A stretch of DNA of 64,000 bases from the NCBI GenBank assembly GCA_035534615.1, contig DATLRO010000068.1, positions 3,432-67,431 of the forward strand, read 5' to 3'. The position numbers and the translations under genes were made by a program. Under the pieces are notes generated by a model. It did not search any database, was not told where the DNA came from, and was given only the letters and a program-made list of their open reading frames with translations. Every line of letters starts with the position of its first letter. The first letter of the stretch is position 1. Positions 43,324-52,100 of the stretch are shown here, piece by piece. The stretch comes from Vicinamibacterales bacterium. Its GTDB lineage: Bacteria; Acidobacteriota; Vicinamibacteria; Vicinamibacterales; CAVVIG01.

Positions 43324-43947
43324 GTGGCGACACGACGCGACGAGATCCGCGAGAAGGCGCTGCACGACCTGCAGCGCTTCGAGGTGCTCATGCTCGACGG
43401 GCACTTCGATTACGGCAACGGCTTCCACGGCCGGGTGTACCTGAACCCGCACCAGCTGTTCCGCTCCCCGTCGACCATCTGGCGGTTCGCCCAGGATCTG
43501 CTCGATCTCCTGCCCGCCGAACTCATCGAGCGCACCGAGGTCGTCGCCGGGCCCGCCACCGGCGGCGCGCTCCTCGCGCACACCATTGCCGGCCTGATGG
43601 ACAGCCGCCGCCGCCTCGGCCACCCGGCGTGCAGCTTCGCGCCGTTCTCCGTCGATCCGCTCGAAGGCCCGACGCTCCGCCGCTTCTACCGCGACCTCAT
43701 GTCCGGCCGGCAGGTGCTGCTCGCCGACGACGTCCGGAACACCGGCCAGACGTTCCAGCGCTGCGCCGCGGCAATCGCCGAAGCGGGCGGGACCCTGATC
43801 GCCACGGTCGAGATCTACGACCGGTGCGAGGCGATGGTGGATCTCGGCGTGCCGAATTTCTCCCTGGCGGAGTACGGGGCCACCGAGAACTATCCGGCCG
43901 ACGACTGCCCGCTCTGCCGCGCCGGCGTGGACATCACGGCGTTCTGA
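43324..43947 (+). CDS. divergent type-I phosphoribosyltransferase (PyrE-like paralog)
   Basis: DGHFDYGNGFHGRVYLNPHQLF (compare pyrE EGHFRLSSGLHSPGYLQ), PRPP loop VLLADDVRNTGQT, C-terminal CPLC. Confidence 0.75.
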   Translation: MATRRDEIREKALHDLQRFEVLMLDGHFDYGNGFHGRVYLNPHQLFRSPSTIWRFAQDLLDLLPAELIERTEVVAGPATGGALLAHTIAGLMDSRRRLGHPACSFAPFSVDPLEGPTLRRFYRDLMSGRQVLLADDVRNTGQTFQRCAAAIAEAGGTLIATVEIYDRCEAMVDLGVPNFSLAEYGATENYPADDCPLCRAGVDITAF

Positions 43948-43970
43948 CGTTCCGAAGCAGGAAGCCAGAC

Positions 43971-44870
43971 GTGAGCCGCGAGAACGACCCGCTGAAGACC
44001 GCGCTCGACCGGGCATACGCCGCCTTCAATGCATCCGATGCCGCGCTCGATCCGATTCAGGTGGTGCGCCGGTACGCGGATCCGCGGGACCGCGAGATCG
44101 CCGGATTCTGCGCCGCCGGCCTGGCGTTCGGCCGCGTGGCGAGCGTGCTCCAGTCGGTCGACCGGCTGCTGGCGGTGATGGGGCGCTCGCCGGCGGCGTT
44201 CGTGGCCCGCTTCGACCCGGCGCGCGACCGTGACCGCCTGGCGGCGCTGGGCCACCGCTGGACCCGCAGCGTCGATCTGGTGGCGCTCCTGTGGGTGCTG
44301 CGATCGATGGTCGAGCGGTCCGGGTCGATCGAAGACTTCTTCCTGGAAGGACACGACCCCGGCGCCCCGGACATCGAGGCGGCGCTCGAGGCGTTCTCGG
44401 CCCGGGCCCTGGCGACCGATCTGCGGCCCGCCTACGGGCGCGTGCCGCCCCGGCCGGGCGTGGCGTTCTTCTTTCCGCGCCCGGCGGCCGGCAGCGGCTG
44501 CAAGCGGCTGAACCTGTTCCTGCGATGGATGGTGCGCCACGATGCAGTCGACCTCGGCGTCTGGCGCGGCGTCCGGCCGGCCCAGCTCGTCGTCCCGCTC
44601 GACACGCACGTCATCCGGCTGGGGCAGTGCCTCCGCCTGACGCGCTACCGCAGTCCCGGATGGCCGATGGCGCGCGAAATCACCGCCTCGTTGCGCGCGC
44701 TCGATCCGGCCGATCCCGTCCGCTACGATTTCTCGCTCTGCCACCTCGGCATGATGAACGCCTGCGGCTTCAGGCGCCCGCAGGCGGACGCGCAGTGCCC
44801 GCTGCGCGGCGCCTGCCGGCCACGCGGGCGTAGACCTGCGCGGTCTCCTCGACCATCCGCTCGACGCTGA
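43971..44870 (+). CDS. TIGR02757 / DUF2400 family protein
   Basis: DPIQVVRRYADPRDREIAGFCAAGLAFGRV, PLDTHV, C-terminal Cys cluster. GTG start. The 3' tail overlaps the convergent GT4 gene. Confidence 0.75.
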   Translation: MSRENDPLKTALDRAYAAFNASDAALDPIQVVRRYADPRDREIAGFCAAGLAFGRVASVLQSVDRLLAVMGRSPAAFVARFDPARDRDRLAALGHRWTRSVDLVALLWVLRSMVERSGSIEDFFLEGHDPGAPDIEAALEAFSARALATDLRPAYGRVPPRPGVAFFFPRPAAGSGCKRLNLFLRWMVRHDAVDLGVWRGVRPAQLVVPLDTHVIRLGQCLRLTRYRSPGWPMAREITASLRALDPADPVRYDFSLCHLGMMNACGFRRPQADAQCPLRGACRPRGRRPARSPRPSARR

Positions 44871-45900
44871 ACTGTTCGCGCACGCGCGCCAGGCCGGCGT
44901 CGCCCAGCCGCGTGCGCAGCGCCGCGTCGGTCAGCAGCCGCACGATGGCGGCCGCCAGCGCGCGGTGGTCGTGCGGCGGCACCAGCAGGCCGGTGTCGCC
45001 GTCCGCGACCACTTCCGGAATCCCGCCGGCGGTCGTGGCGACGATGGCGCGCCCGCAGGCCATGGCGTCCAGCAGCGACGTGCCCAGCCCCTCGGTGACC
45101 GAGCTCATCACGAACAGGTCGAACGCCTTGATCAGGTTCGGCACGTCCTGCCGGAAGCCGGCGAAGAAGACGTGCTTCTCGACGTGCAGCTCGTGGACGC
45201 GCCGCTCGAGCGCCCCGCGCAGCTCGCCGTCGCCGACGATGACGAAGCGGGCGTCTGGCACCGACCGGAGGACGATCGGGACCGCCTCGATCAGGTGACG
45301 CTGGCCCTTGTGCGGCACGAGGGCCGCCACGTTGCCGACGATCGGCGCGTCGGCCGGCAGCCAGAACTCCTGGTGGATGTTCGCGCGCGGCGCGCCGGCC
45401 ACCCGGTCGACGTCGATGCCCTCGTGCACCGTCACCACGTCGCCCGGCGCCACGCCGTCGCCGATGAGCATCCGGCGAATCGCCTCGGAGGCCGCGATGA
45501 AGCAGTCGACCTGGCGGTACTTCCAGCGGGAGAACGAATGGCCCTTGAGGTGAAAGTCGACGCGACGGGCCGCGATCAGCGGGACCTCCCCCCCGGGACC
45601 GGCGAGCGAGCGCGCCAGCGCCGCCATCGCGACGCCGTGAGGATCGTGGGCGTGGATGACGTCGGGACGGAGCCGCCGCAGCACCCGCGCGAGGCGCCAG
45701 GCGGCCGCCAGGTCCATTTCGGTCCGGGGCGCCACCGGAATGAGCTCGAGCCCCTCGGCCGCCCGGCGGCGCAGCTCGCCGCTCGGGTGGGCGACCAGCG
45801 CCGCGCGGTCGCCGCGCGCGCGCAGACCGTTCACGGTGAGCAGCACCTGGTTCTGCCCGCCGCGCCACGTCCGCGCCGTGTCAATGTGAAGGGAGAACAC
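44770..45900 (-). CDS. glycosyltransferase family 4 (GT-B)
   Basis: GGQNQV, VGDG, EGLGTSLLDAMACG..GGIPEVV. Confidence 0.88.
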   Translation of the reverse strand: MFSLHIDTARTWRGGQNQVLLTVNGLRARGDRAALVAHPSGELRRRAAEGLELIPVAPRTEMDLAAAWRLARVLRRLRPDVIHAHDPHGVAMAALARSLAGPGGEVPLIAARRVDFHLKGHSFSRWKYRQVDCFIAASEAIRRMLIGDGVAPGDVVTVHEGIDVDRVAGAPRANIHQEFWLPADAPIVGNVAALVPHKGQRHLIEAVPIVLRSVPDARFVIVGDGELRGALERRVHELHVEKHVFFAGFRQDVPNLIKAFDLFVMSSVTEGLGTSLLDAMACGRAIVATTAGGIPEVVADGDTGLLVPPHDHRALAAAIVRLLTDAALRTRLGDAGLARVREQFSVERMVEETAQVYARVAGRRRAAGTARPPAGA

Positions 45901-45927
45901 AGGCTGTTTTCACAGGTCAGGATGAGG

Positions 45928-46020
45928 AAGAAGGAATGAGGAATGAGGAATGAGGGATGAGGCACGGGCAATTCCACTCATTCCACTCGGTCCACTCATC
46001 CCTCATTCCTCATTCCTTCT
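45928..46020. repeat. tandem heptamer array (GGAATGA-type) forming a long inverted repeat
   Basis: Left arm ggaatgaggaatgaggaatgagggatgag. Right arm ctcatccctcattcctcattcc. At least 22 bp are perfectly complementary (45940-45961 with 45995-46016). The 33-nt loop itself carries ttccact repeats. Locally AT-richer than its surroundings. Confidence 0.75.
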
Positions 46021-46766
46021 TGTTTCCCTTCCATCTCCCACAGCTTCGCGAATTTCAGCAGCACGTAGTGCGCGTTCATCGCCGACACGATCAGGCCGGG
46101 CAGGCCGTCCCGGAACCCGCCCTTGATCAGATAGTTTCGCAGGAACGCCAGCGGCGGATGCACGGCGAGATCGATGAAGCCGGCGCGCCGGCCGTCTTCG
46201 TGCATCTGCTGCGCGGCCAGCGTCGTGTACCGATCCATCGTCTCCAGGTGATCGGCGATGCCGCGGTACGCGAAGTGCTGCAGCTCCTGCCGCAGGCGTC
46301 CGATCGTGCCGTTCACCCGCACGCCCTCGTGGACGTACCGGCCCGTCCATTCGGCAACACGCCGGTCGTACAGGCGGAGCTGATAGTCGGGGTACCAGTC
46401 GGTGGACCGGATCCAGCGCCCCAGGTGCCACGTGACCCGCGGAATCCGGTACGCCTGGTGGGGGGGCGCCCCGTCGAGCAGCGCGCGGATCTCGCCGGCG
46501 AGCCTAGGCGTGACCCGCTCGTCGGCGTCGAGCGACAGGATCCAGTCGTGGCTGGCGAGCGAGGCGGCGAAGTTCTTCTGGGCGACGTACCCGGGCCAGG
46601 GACGGACGACGACGCGGCCGGTCGCGCGGCTCGCGCGGGCGACCGTGTCGTCGTCGCTCTCCGCGTCGACCACGACGATCTCGTCCGCCCAGGCGACCGA
46701 CGCGAGGGCCGCCTCGATGTCGGCCGACTCGTTCTTCGTGATGATCGTGACCGACAGCTTCGGCAC
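45996..46766 (-). CDS. glycosyltransferase family 2
   Basis: LSVTIITKNE, VVVDAESDDDT, LSLDADE. GTG start at 46766 inside the spurious 840-aa ORF. The last ~8 codons are encoded by the repeat arm. Confidence 0.85.
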   Translation of the reverse strand: MPKLSVTIITKNESADIEAALASVAWADEIVVVDAESDDDTVARASRATGRVVVRPWPGYVAQKNFAASLASHDWILSLDADERVTPRLAGEIRALLDGAPPHQAYRIPRVTWHLGRWIRSTDWYPDYQLRLYDRRVAEWTGRYVHEGVRVNGTIGRLRQELQHFAYRGIADHLETMDRYTTLAAQQMHEDGRRAGFIDLAVHPPLAFLRNYLIKGGFRDGLPGLIVSAMNAHYVLLKFAKLWEMEGKQEGMRNEG

Positions 46767-46876
46767 GGCGGGAGTGTAGCACCAGGCGTGCGCGTTCGGG
46801 GACCCGGGGGGGCGTCGAGGACCGGTGGGGGAGCGGGACCGGCAGCCGGGACAGCCGGCGCCGGTCCCACGGAGTG

Positions 46877-48571
46877 CTACTGCACGCCGCCCGACGTGGT
46901 GCCGGTAGTGGTGCCCGTGGTCGAGCCGAACGACGTGCCGGACGTCCCGGTCAGCGGGCCGGCGATCACGATGGAGCCGCCGTTCCCGGCCAGCGCCGCC
47001 TGCTGCACGCTCTCGAAGTCGACGACCGACTTGTTGTAGTCGAGGATGGCCTGGATCTCGTCGTTCCGGGCCGACGCCAGGTCGCGCTGCGCCTGGAAGA
47101 CCTGGAAATTGGTCGACATGCCGGCCGTGAACTTCTTCTGCTCCGCGTCGAGCTTCTCCTTGGACAGGACTTCGGCCGCCCGCGCCGAGGCGACGCGCTG
47201 AATGTTCGTGTTGACCTGACGGGCCGCGTCCCGCACCTGCGCCGCCACCTGCAGCTCGAGATTCTTGAGCTCGACCTTTGCCTGTTCGTCCTGCAGTCTG
47301 GCCTGGGCCAGGCTCGCCTGCGCGGCGCTGCGGCCCAGCGGGTAGTCGAGCTGCACGCCGACCGTCCAGGTCGGGAAGTTGCTGTGCAGCAGCTCGCTCA
47401 GCACGGATCCGAAGCTCTGATTGACCTGGCCGATGATCGGGCCCGGCAGCCCGGGGCCGCGGATGAACTCCGTGCCGCCAAGGCCGACCATGCCGTAGTT
47501 GACCTGGGCGTTCACGGCCGGCAGGAGCTGGTTTCTGAAGTAGCGGATGTTGATGCCGTTCGCCTCGAGGCTCTTCTGCGCCTGCTCGATGTCCGTCCGC
47601 TTCGCCAGGGCGTTCCGCACCGCCGCATCGACGTCGACCGGCTGCGTCCGGAAGGTGGGCGAGTCGGTCGGAATCAGGTCGATGTGCCAGAAATCGGGGG
47701 TCGTCGGGTCGAGAATCTGCGTCCGCAGCTGATCCTCCGCCTGCTTGATGGCCGCCTGCGCGACGATGACCGCCTCCTCGCGGCTCGCCATCTCGGCCTG
47801 GGCCTCGACGATGTCGATCGGGGCCATCGTGCCGATCTGGACCCGCTTCTCGTTGTCCTGGAGCGACTGCTTCGCCAGATCCAGCGACTCCCGCTGCACT
47901 TTCAGCGAGCTGATCGCGTACGACAGGTTCCAGTACGCGTCCTTGACGTTGCGGACCGTCTGCACCACCGTCTGCCGGAGCTGCGCGTCGGAAATCTCCC
48001 GGTTCTTGCGGCTGACCAGCAGCTCGTCGCGGGTCGCGTCGATCCCGAAGTTCCGCAGCAGCGGCTGCGTGTAGGTCATCGACAGCGTCGACTGGAGCAC
48101 CGGGTTGACGCTCTGAAAGATGCTGTCGGTCGTCGACCGCTGGCTGTCCCAGGCGATGTTGTAGTTGCCGCCCCACGGCAGCAGCTGGCTGACGCCCACG
48201 TTGGTCCCGAACTGGCTGCTGCTGACCGAGTTCTGGCCGCCGGCCAGGACGCTGCTCACCGGTTGCAGGTTGCTGTTGTTCGAGAAGGTCGACTGCAGCT
48301 GCGGCGTCCAGTTGGTCCGGGCCAGGGCGACGTTCAGATCCTGGATCTGCGGGTTCAGGCGCTGCACCTGGATGTCGAGATTGTGCTCGAGGGCGAGCTG
48401 CACGGCATCGTTGATCGACAGTCGGCGCACCGGGCCGCTCGCCTGCTCGGACGCTGCCGCCGCGGGCGGCTGAGCCCCCATGGAGGTCTGGGCGGACGCC
48501 GACACCGCCACGCTGCACACAACGACGGCGGCGGACAACAGGCGCGCGCCACGCAAGAGGTCCTGACGCAT
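46877..48571 (-). CDS. TolC-family outer-membrane efflux protein
   Basis: Signal peptide, two OEP repeats (LSINDAVQLALEHNLD.., ..AQRDL), Gly/Thr/Ser-rich C-terminal tail. Confidence 0.88.
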   Translation of the reverse strand: MRQDLLRGARLLSAAVVVCSVAVSASAQTSMGAQPPAAAASEQASGPVRRLSINDAVQLALEHNLDIQVQRLNPQIQDLNVALARTNWTPQLQSTFSNNSNLQPVSSVLAGGQNSVSSSQFGTNVGVSQLLPWGGNYNIAWDSQRSTTDSIFQSVNPVLQSTLSMTYTQPLLRNFGIDATRDELLVSRKNREISDAQLRQTVVQTVRNVKDAYWNLSYAISSLKVQRESLDLAKQSLQDNEKRVQIGTMAPIDIVEAQAEMASREEAVIVAQAAIKQAEDQLRTQILDPTTPDFWHIDLIPTDSPTFRTQPVDVDAAVRNALAKRTDIEQAQKSLEANGINIRYFRNQLLPAVNAQVNYGMVGLGGTEFIRGPGLPGPIIGQVNQSFGSVLSELLHSNFPTWTVGVQLDYPLGRSAAQASLAQARLQDEQAKVELKNLELQVAAQVRDAARQVNTNIQRVASARAAEVLSKEKLDAEQKKFTAGMSTNFQVFQAQRDLASARNDEIQAILDYNKSVVDFESVQQAALAGNGGSIVIAGPLTGTSGTSFGSTTGTTTGTTSGGVQ

Positions 48572-48842
48572 TGGTTACGTACTCCCGTTACAAAGGGTCC
48601 GGGTCATGCGGGGGTGGACCGGCAGGGTCCCGGGGGCCTGCGGCCGCTCTCCGAAGAATAGACGAGAGGAAGGGGAAGCCGGTTCGAATGCGTGTCGGAA
48701 TTGTATACTAACCCTCCGCGCCGGTCGCCCCGGGGCGGCCAGGCGCCGGCACGGGGCCGGGGCCCCCGTTCCGGCAGGAGACGGGTGAAGGCGGCCGGTG
48801 GCCGTCGCCGGGCGCCGGCGTCGTTGACTCAGCAGGTTGGCC

Positions 48843-49430
48843 ATGGAAATCACGCGCGACGCGCTGCTCGACATGTTCCGCCGCTCCGGCGGCCTGCTCG
48901 AAGGCCACTTCCGGCTCTCGTCCGGGCTCCACAGCCCGGGCTATCTGCAGTCGGCCCTCGTGCTCCAGCATCCCGACAAGGCGGAGGCGCTCGGTGCGGC
49001 GCTCGCCGCGAAGCTCCGGCACCTCCGCCCGACGGTCGTGCTCTCGCCCGCGCTCGGCGGCATCGTCATCGGCCAGGAGGTCGGACGGGCGCTGGGCGTC
49101 CGGGCCATCTTCGCCGAGCGGCAGGAGGGGGGGCTCACCCTCCGCCGCGGTTTCGTCATCAGCGAGAACGATCGCGTCCTCGTCATCGAAGACGTGCTCA
49201 CCACCGGCGGCTCCACGCGGGAGACGATGCAGGTCGCGCGGGCGGCCGGCGGCACGATCGTCGGTGCAGGCGCCCTCGTGGATCGCAGCGGCGGCAAGGC
49301 GTCGCTGGACGTGCCGTTCGCCGCGCTGCTGGACATGTCGCTGCCAACCTACGAGCCGGACCGCTGCCCGCTGTGCGCGAGCGGCCTGGCCATCATCAAG
49401 CCCGGATCGCGGCCGACGCCGGCCACCTGA
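48843..49430 (+). CDS. pyrE: orotate phosphoribosyltransferase
   Basis: EGHFRLSSGLHS, VLVIEDVLTTGGS, C-terminal CPLC. The ATG at 48843 is preferred to the TTG at 48837. Confidence 0.9.
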   Translation: MEITRDALLDMFRRSGGLLEGHFRLSSGLHSPGYLQSALVLQHPDKAEALGAALAAKLRHLRPTVVLSPALGGIVIGQEVGRALGVRAIFAERQEGGLTLRRGFVISENDRVLVIEDVLTTGGSTRETMQVARAAGGTIVGAGALVDRSGGKASLDVPFAALLDMSLPTYEPDRCPLCASGLAIIKPGSRPTPAT

Positions 49431-49460
49431 GCGCCCGCGCGCCCGAGCGCCCGAGCGCCT
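49431..49460. repeat. short tandem octamer repeat (GCCCGAGC-type)
   Basis: gcgcccgcgcgcccgagcgcccgagcgcct, between pyrE and truA. Shares gcccgagcgcc with 58227-58237. Confidence 0.5.
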
Positions 49461-49463
49461 GCC

Positions 49464-50279
49464 ATGAATCGAACTCCCGTGCCCGCTTCCCGCACGCTCA
49501 AGCTGACGCTCGCGTACGACGGCACGGCCTACGTCGGCTGGCAGCGGCAGCTCAACGGCCTGTCCGTGCAGGCGCGACTCGAGGAGGCGCTCGCCCGGCT
49601 CGAAGGCCAGCCGGTTGCCGCGGCCGCCGCCGGCCGGACCGACGCCGGCGTCCACGCCGTGGGGCAGGTCGTCGGCGTGACGCTGGTCCGCCCGATGGAG
49701 GAGGAGGCGCTGGCGCGCGCGCTGAACGGGCTGCTGCCGGCCGACATCCGCGTGCTGGCGATCGAGCCGGTGCCGCCGGCCTTTCACGCCCGCTATTCCG
49801 CACGGGCGAAGACCTACCAGTACCGCATCATGAACGGCGGCGTGATCGGGCCGTTCGAGCGGCCGTACGTCTGGGCTGTCGCGCCACCGCTCGACGTCGC
49901 GGCCATGGCGGCCGCCGCGCGCCGTCTCGAAGGCCGTCACGACTTCGCGTCGTTCCAGGCGGCCGGCAGCGGCGTCCAGGACACGGTCCGCACGATCGCC
50001 TGGTCGCGCGTCCTCGGTGCGGAGGATCGGCTGGCCCCGGCTGCGGCCGCTCCGTGCGGATGGCTGCACGCCGGAACCGGCCGGCTGCTCGTCTATGAGA
50101 TCACCGGCGACGGGTTTCTGCGTCACATGGTGCGCGCGATCGTCGGGACCCTGGTGGAGGTGGGGACCGGACGCCGGACGCCGGCCTCAGTGGACGAGCT
50201 GCTGACGGTGCGCGATCGCGCACGCGCCGGGCCGACGGCCCCTCCCCAGGGCCTGTGCCTGGTCCGGGTGGACTACTGA
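49464..50279 (+). CDS. truA: tRNA pseudouridine(38-40) synthase
   Basis: YDGT.Y.GWQRQ, GRTDAGVHA. Confidence 0.93.
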   Translation: MNRTPVPASRTLKLTLAYDGTAYVGWQRQLNGLSVQARLEEALARLEGQPVAAAAAGRTDAGVHAVGQVVGVTLVRPMEEEALARALNGLLPADIRVLAIEPVPPAFHARYSARAKTYQYRIMNGGVIGPFERPYVWAVAPPLDVAAMAAAARRLEGRHDFASFQAAGSGVQDTVRTIAWSRVLGAEDRLAPAAAAPCGWLHAGTGRLLVYEITGDGFLRHMVRAIVGTLVEVGTGRRTPASVDELLTVRDRARAGPTAPPQGLCLVRVDY

Positions 50280-50363
50280 CCGGCGGCGGCGCGGGGCGGC
50301 GCGCTTGCGGGTCTGGTCTAAAAGACTGTAACATTGAGGGTTACTTCACTCAGGAACTCCGGC

Positions 50364-51155
50364 ATGTCGCTTGAGCAGCTTCTCGCCTGGATCCCGACCG
50401 GCTCGCCCGACGAGGCGCTCGCCCGTCAGATCAATCCGGACCTCCTCCCGGTTCACGTCGCCATCATCATGGATGGCAACGGGCGGTGGGCGGCGCGGCG
50501 TCATCTGCCACGGGTCGAGGGGCATCGGGCCGGCATCGAGTCGGTGCGGGACACCGTGGAGACGTCCGCCCGTCTCGGCCTGGGTGTGCTGACGCTCTGG
50601 GCTTTTTCGGTGGACAACTGGAAGCGCCCGCGCGCCGAAGTCACCACGCTGATGCGGCTGCTGAAGCGGTACCTGCGGCTCGAGCTCGGGACGCTGATGG
50701 CGAACAACATCCGCTTCCGGGTCATCGGCCGGCAGGACGAGCTGGCGCCCGACATCCAGCGCGAGCTGCAGATCGCGGAGGCGCGGACGGCCGGCAACAC
50801 CGGCATGCTGTTCAACATCGCGCTCAACTACGGCGGGCGCGCGGAAATCATCGATGCGGTGCGGCGCCTGATGGCCGCCGGCGTGGCCCCGGCCGATCTC
50901 GACGAGCAGCGGTTCAGCGATTTTCTGTACACGGCGGGCCAGCCGGATCCCGATCTGGTGATCCGCACCAGCGGGGAGATGCGCCTCAGCAATTTCCTGT
51001 TGTGGCAGGTGGCGTATTCGGAGATCTGGGTGACGGAGACGCTCTGGCCGGACTTCCGGTGCCGGCATCTGCTCGACGCGATTCTCGCCTACCAGAAGCG
51101 CGATCGCCGGTACGGCGGCATCAAGCCTCCGGCCGTCGTCCTGGGAGCCAAGTGA
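50364..51155 (+). CDS. uppS: isoprenyl transferase (undecaprenyl-diphosphate synthase)
   Basis: HVAIIMDGNGRWA, FS.DNWKRP, RTSGE.RLSNFLLWQ. Confidence 0.93.
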   Translation: MSLEQLLAWIPTGSPDEALARQINPDLLPVHVAIIMDGNGRWAARRHLPRVEGHRAGIESVRDTVETSARLGLGVLTLWAFSVDNWKRPRAEVTTLMRLLKRYLRLELGTLMANNIRFRVIGRQDELAPDIQRELQIAEARTAGNTGMLFNIALNYGGRAEIIDAVRRLMAAGVAPADLDEQRFSDFLYTAGQPDPDLVIRTSGEMRLSNFLLWQVAYSEIWVTETLWPDFRCRHLLDAILAYQKRDRRYGGIKPPAVVLGAK

Positions 51156-51243
51156 GTCCACGTTCTGCCGTCCCAGCCTGCCGGCCGGACGCCACCGGAG
51201 CACCCGCGCGGTGGACGGCGCGCGGCGCCGCGCCTCGATCCCG

Positions 51244-52053
51244 ATGACCCGGGTGCTGAGCGGGGCGGTGCTCGTCGCGGTGGTCGTCTCGGCCATCTGG
51301 TTTCTCGGCCCGATGCCGCTTCTGGTGCTGACCGAGGCGGTGCTCGTGCTGGCGGTGCATGAGTATGGCCGCCTGGCCCGTGGCTTGCAGCTGCGAATCC
51401 CGACCGTGGCCGCCGGCGCCGCCGCCATGCTGACCTGCGCGGCGGTGGCCGTTCCCGGCGCGCCGCTCGACGCGGTGCTCGTGGCGGCGCTCGTCGCGCT
51501 CGGGACGCTGTCGCTGGCCGAGCCGCCCGGACCGGCTGCGCTCGGCGAGGTGTCCGCCGCCCTGTTCGCGTCGATCTATCTCGGTCTGTCGCTCGGCGCG
51601 CTGGTGGCCATCCGCAGCCTCGCGGGGCGGGACGCGCTGCTGCTCCTGCTGGCGACGGTCGTGGTGAGCGACACGAGCCAGTACTACAGCGGCCGGCTGT
51701 TCGGCCGCCGTCGGCTGGCGCCGGCCATCAGCCCGGGCAAGACGGTCGAGGGGGCGATCGGCGGCTTCGTCGGCGGCGTCGCGTGCATGGTGGCGCTCGG
51801 ACGATGGGGGCTGCCGGGCGTGCCGGCGGCGCCGCGTGCGCTGCTGGGGGTGGCGCTGGTCGCGCTGGGCATCGCCGGCGATCTGTTCGAGTCGCGGCTG
51901 AAGCGGGGCGCCGGCCTCAAGGACAGTTCCGCGCTGATTCCCGGGCACGGCGGCGTGCTCGACCGGATCGACGCGCTGCTGTTCGCGGCGCCGGCCTATT
52001 ACCTGTTCGTGCGGTATGGCCTCGGGTTCTGGCGCGGCGCCGGCCCGGGCTAG
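51244..52053 (+). CDS. cdsA: phosphatidate cytidylyltransferase
   Basis: Polytopic membrane protein; ESRLKRGAGLKDSSALIPGHGGVLDRIDA signature. Confidence 0.9.
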   Translation: MTRVLSGAVLVAVVVSAIWFLGPMPLLVLTEAVLVLAVHEYGRLARGLQLRIPTVAAGAAAMLTCAAVAVPGAPLDAVLVAALVALGTLSLAEPPGPAALGEVSAALFASIYLGLSLGALVAIRSLAGRDALLLLLATVVVSDTSQYYSGRLFGRRRLAPAISPGKTVEGAIGGFVGGVACMVALGRWGLPGVPAAPRALLGVALVALGIAGDLFESRLKRGAGLKDSSALIPGHGGVLDRIDALLFAAPAYYLFVRYGLGFWRGAGPG

Positions 52054-52100
52054 GACGGATGCGGCGGCCGGCTGAGCGGACGCCGCGCGGATGGACGGAC

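Noticed and set aside
45928-46020. Whether the short tandem/inverted repeats here (and at 57001-57192 and 58213-58257) are a CRISPR array or IS-element terminal repeats.
   Set aside because: The repeat units are 7-21 nt and lie directly adjacent, without unique spacers of CRISPR size. There are no cas, transposase or integrase genes anywhere in the window, and no target-site duplication is evident.
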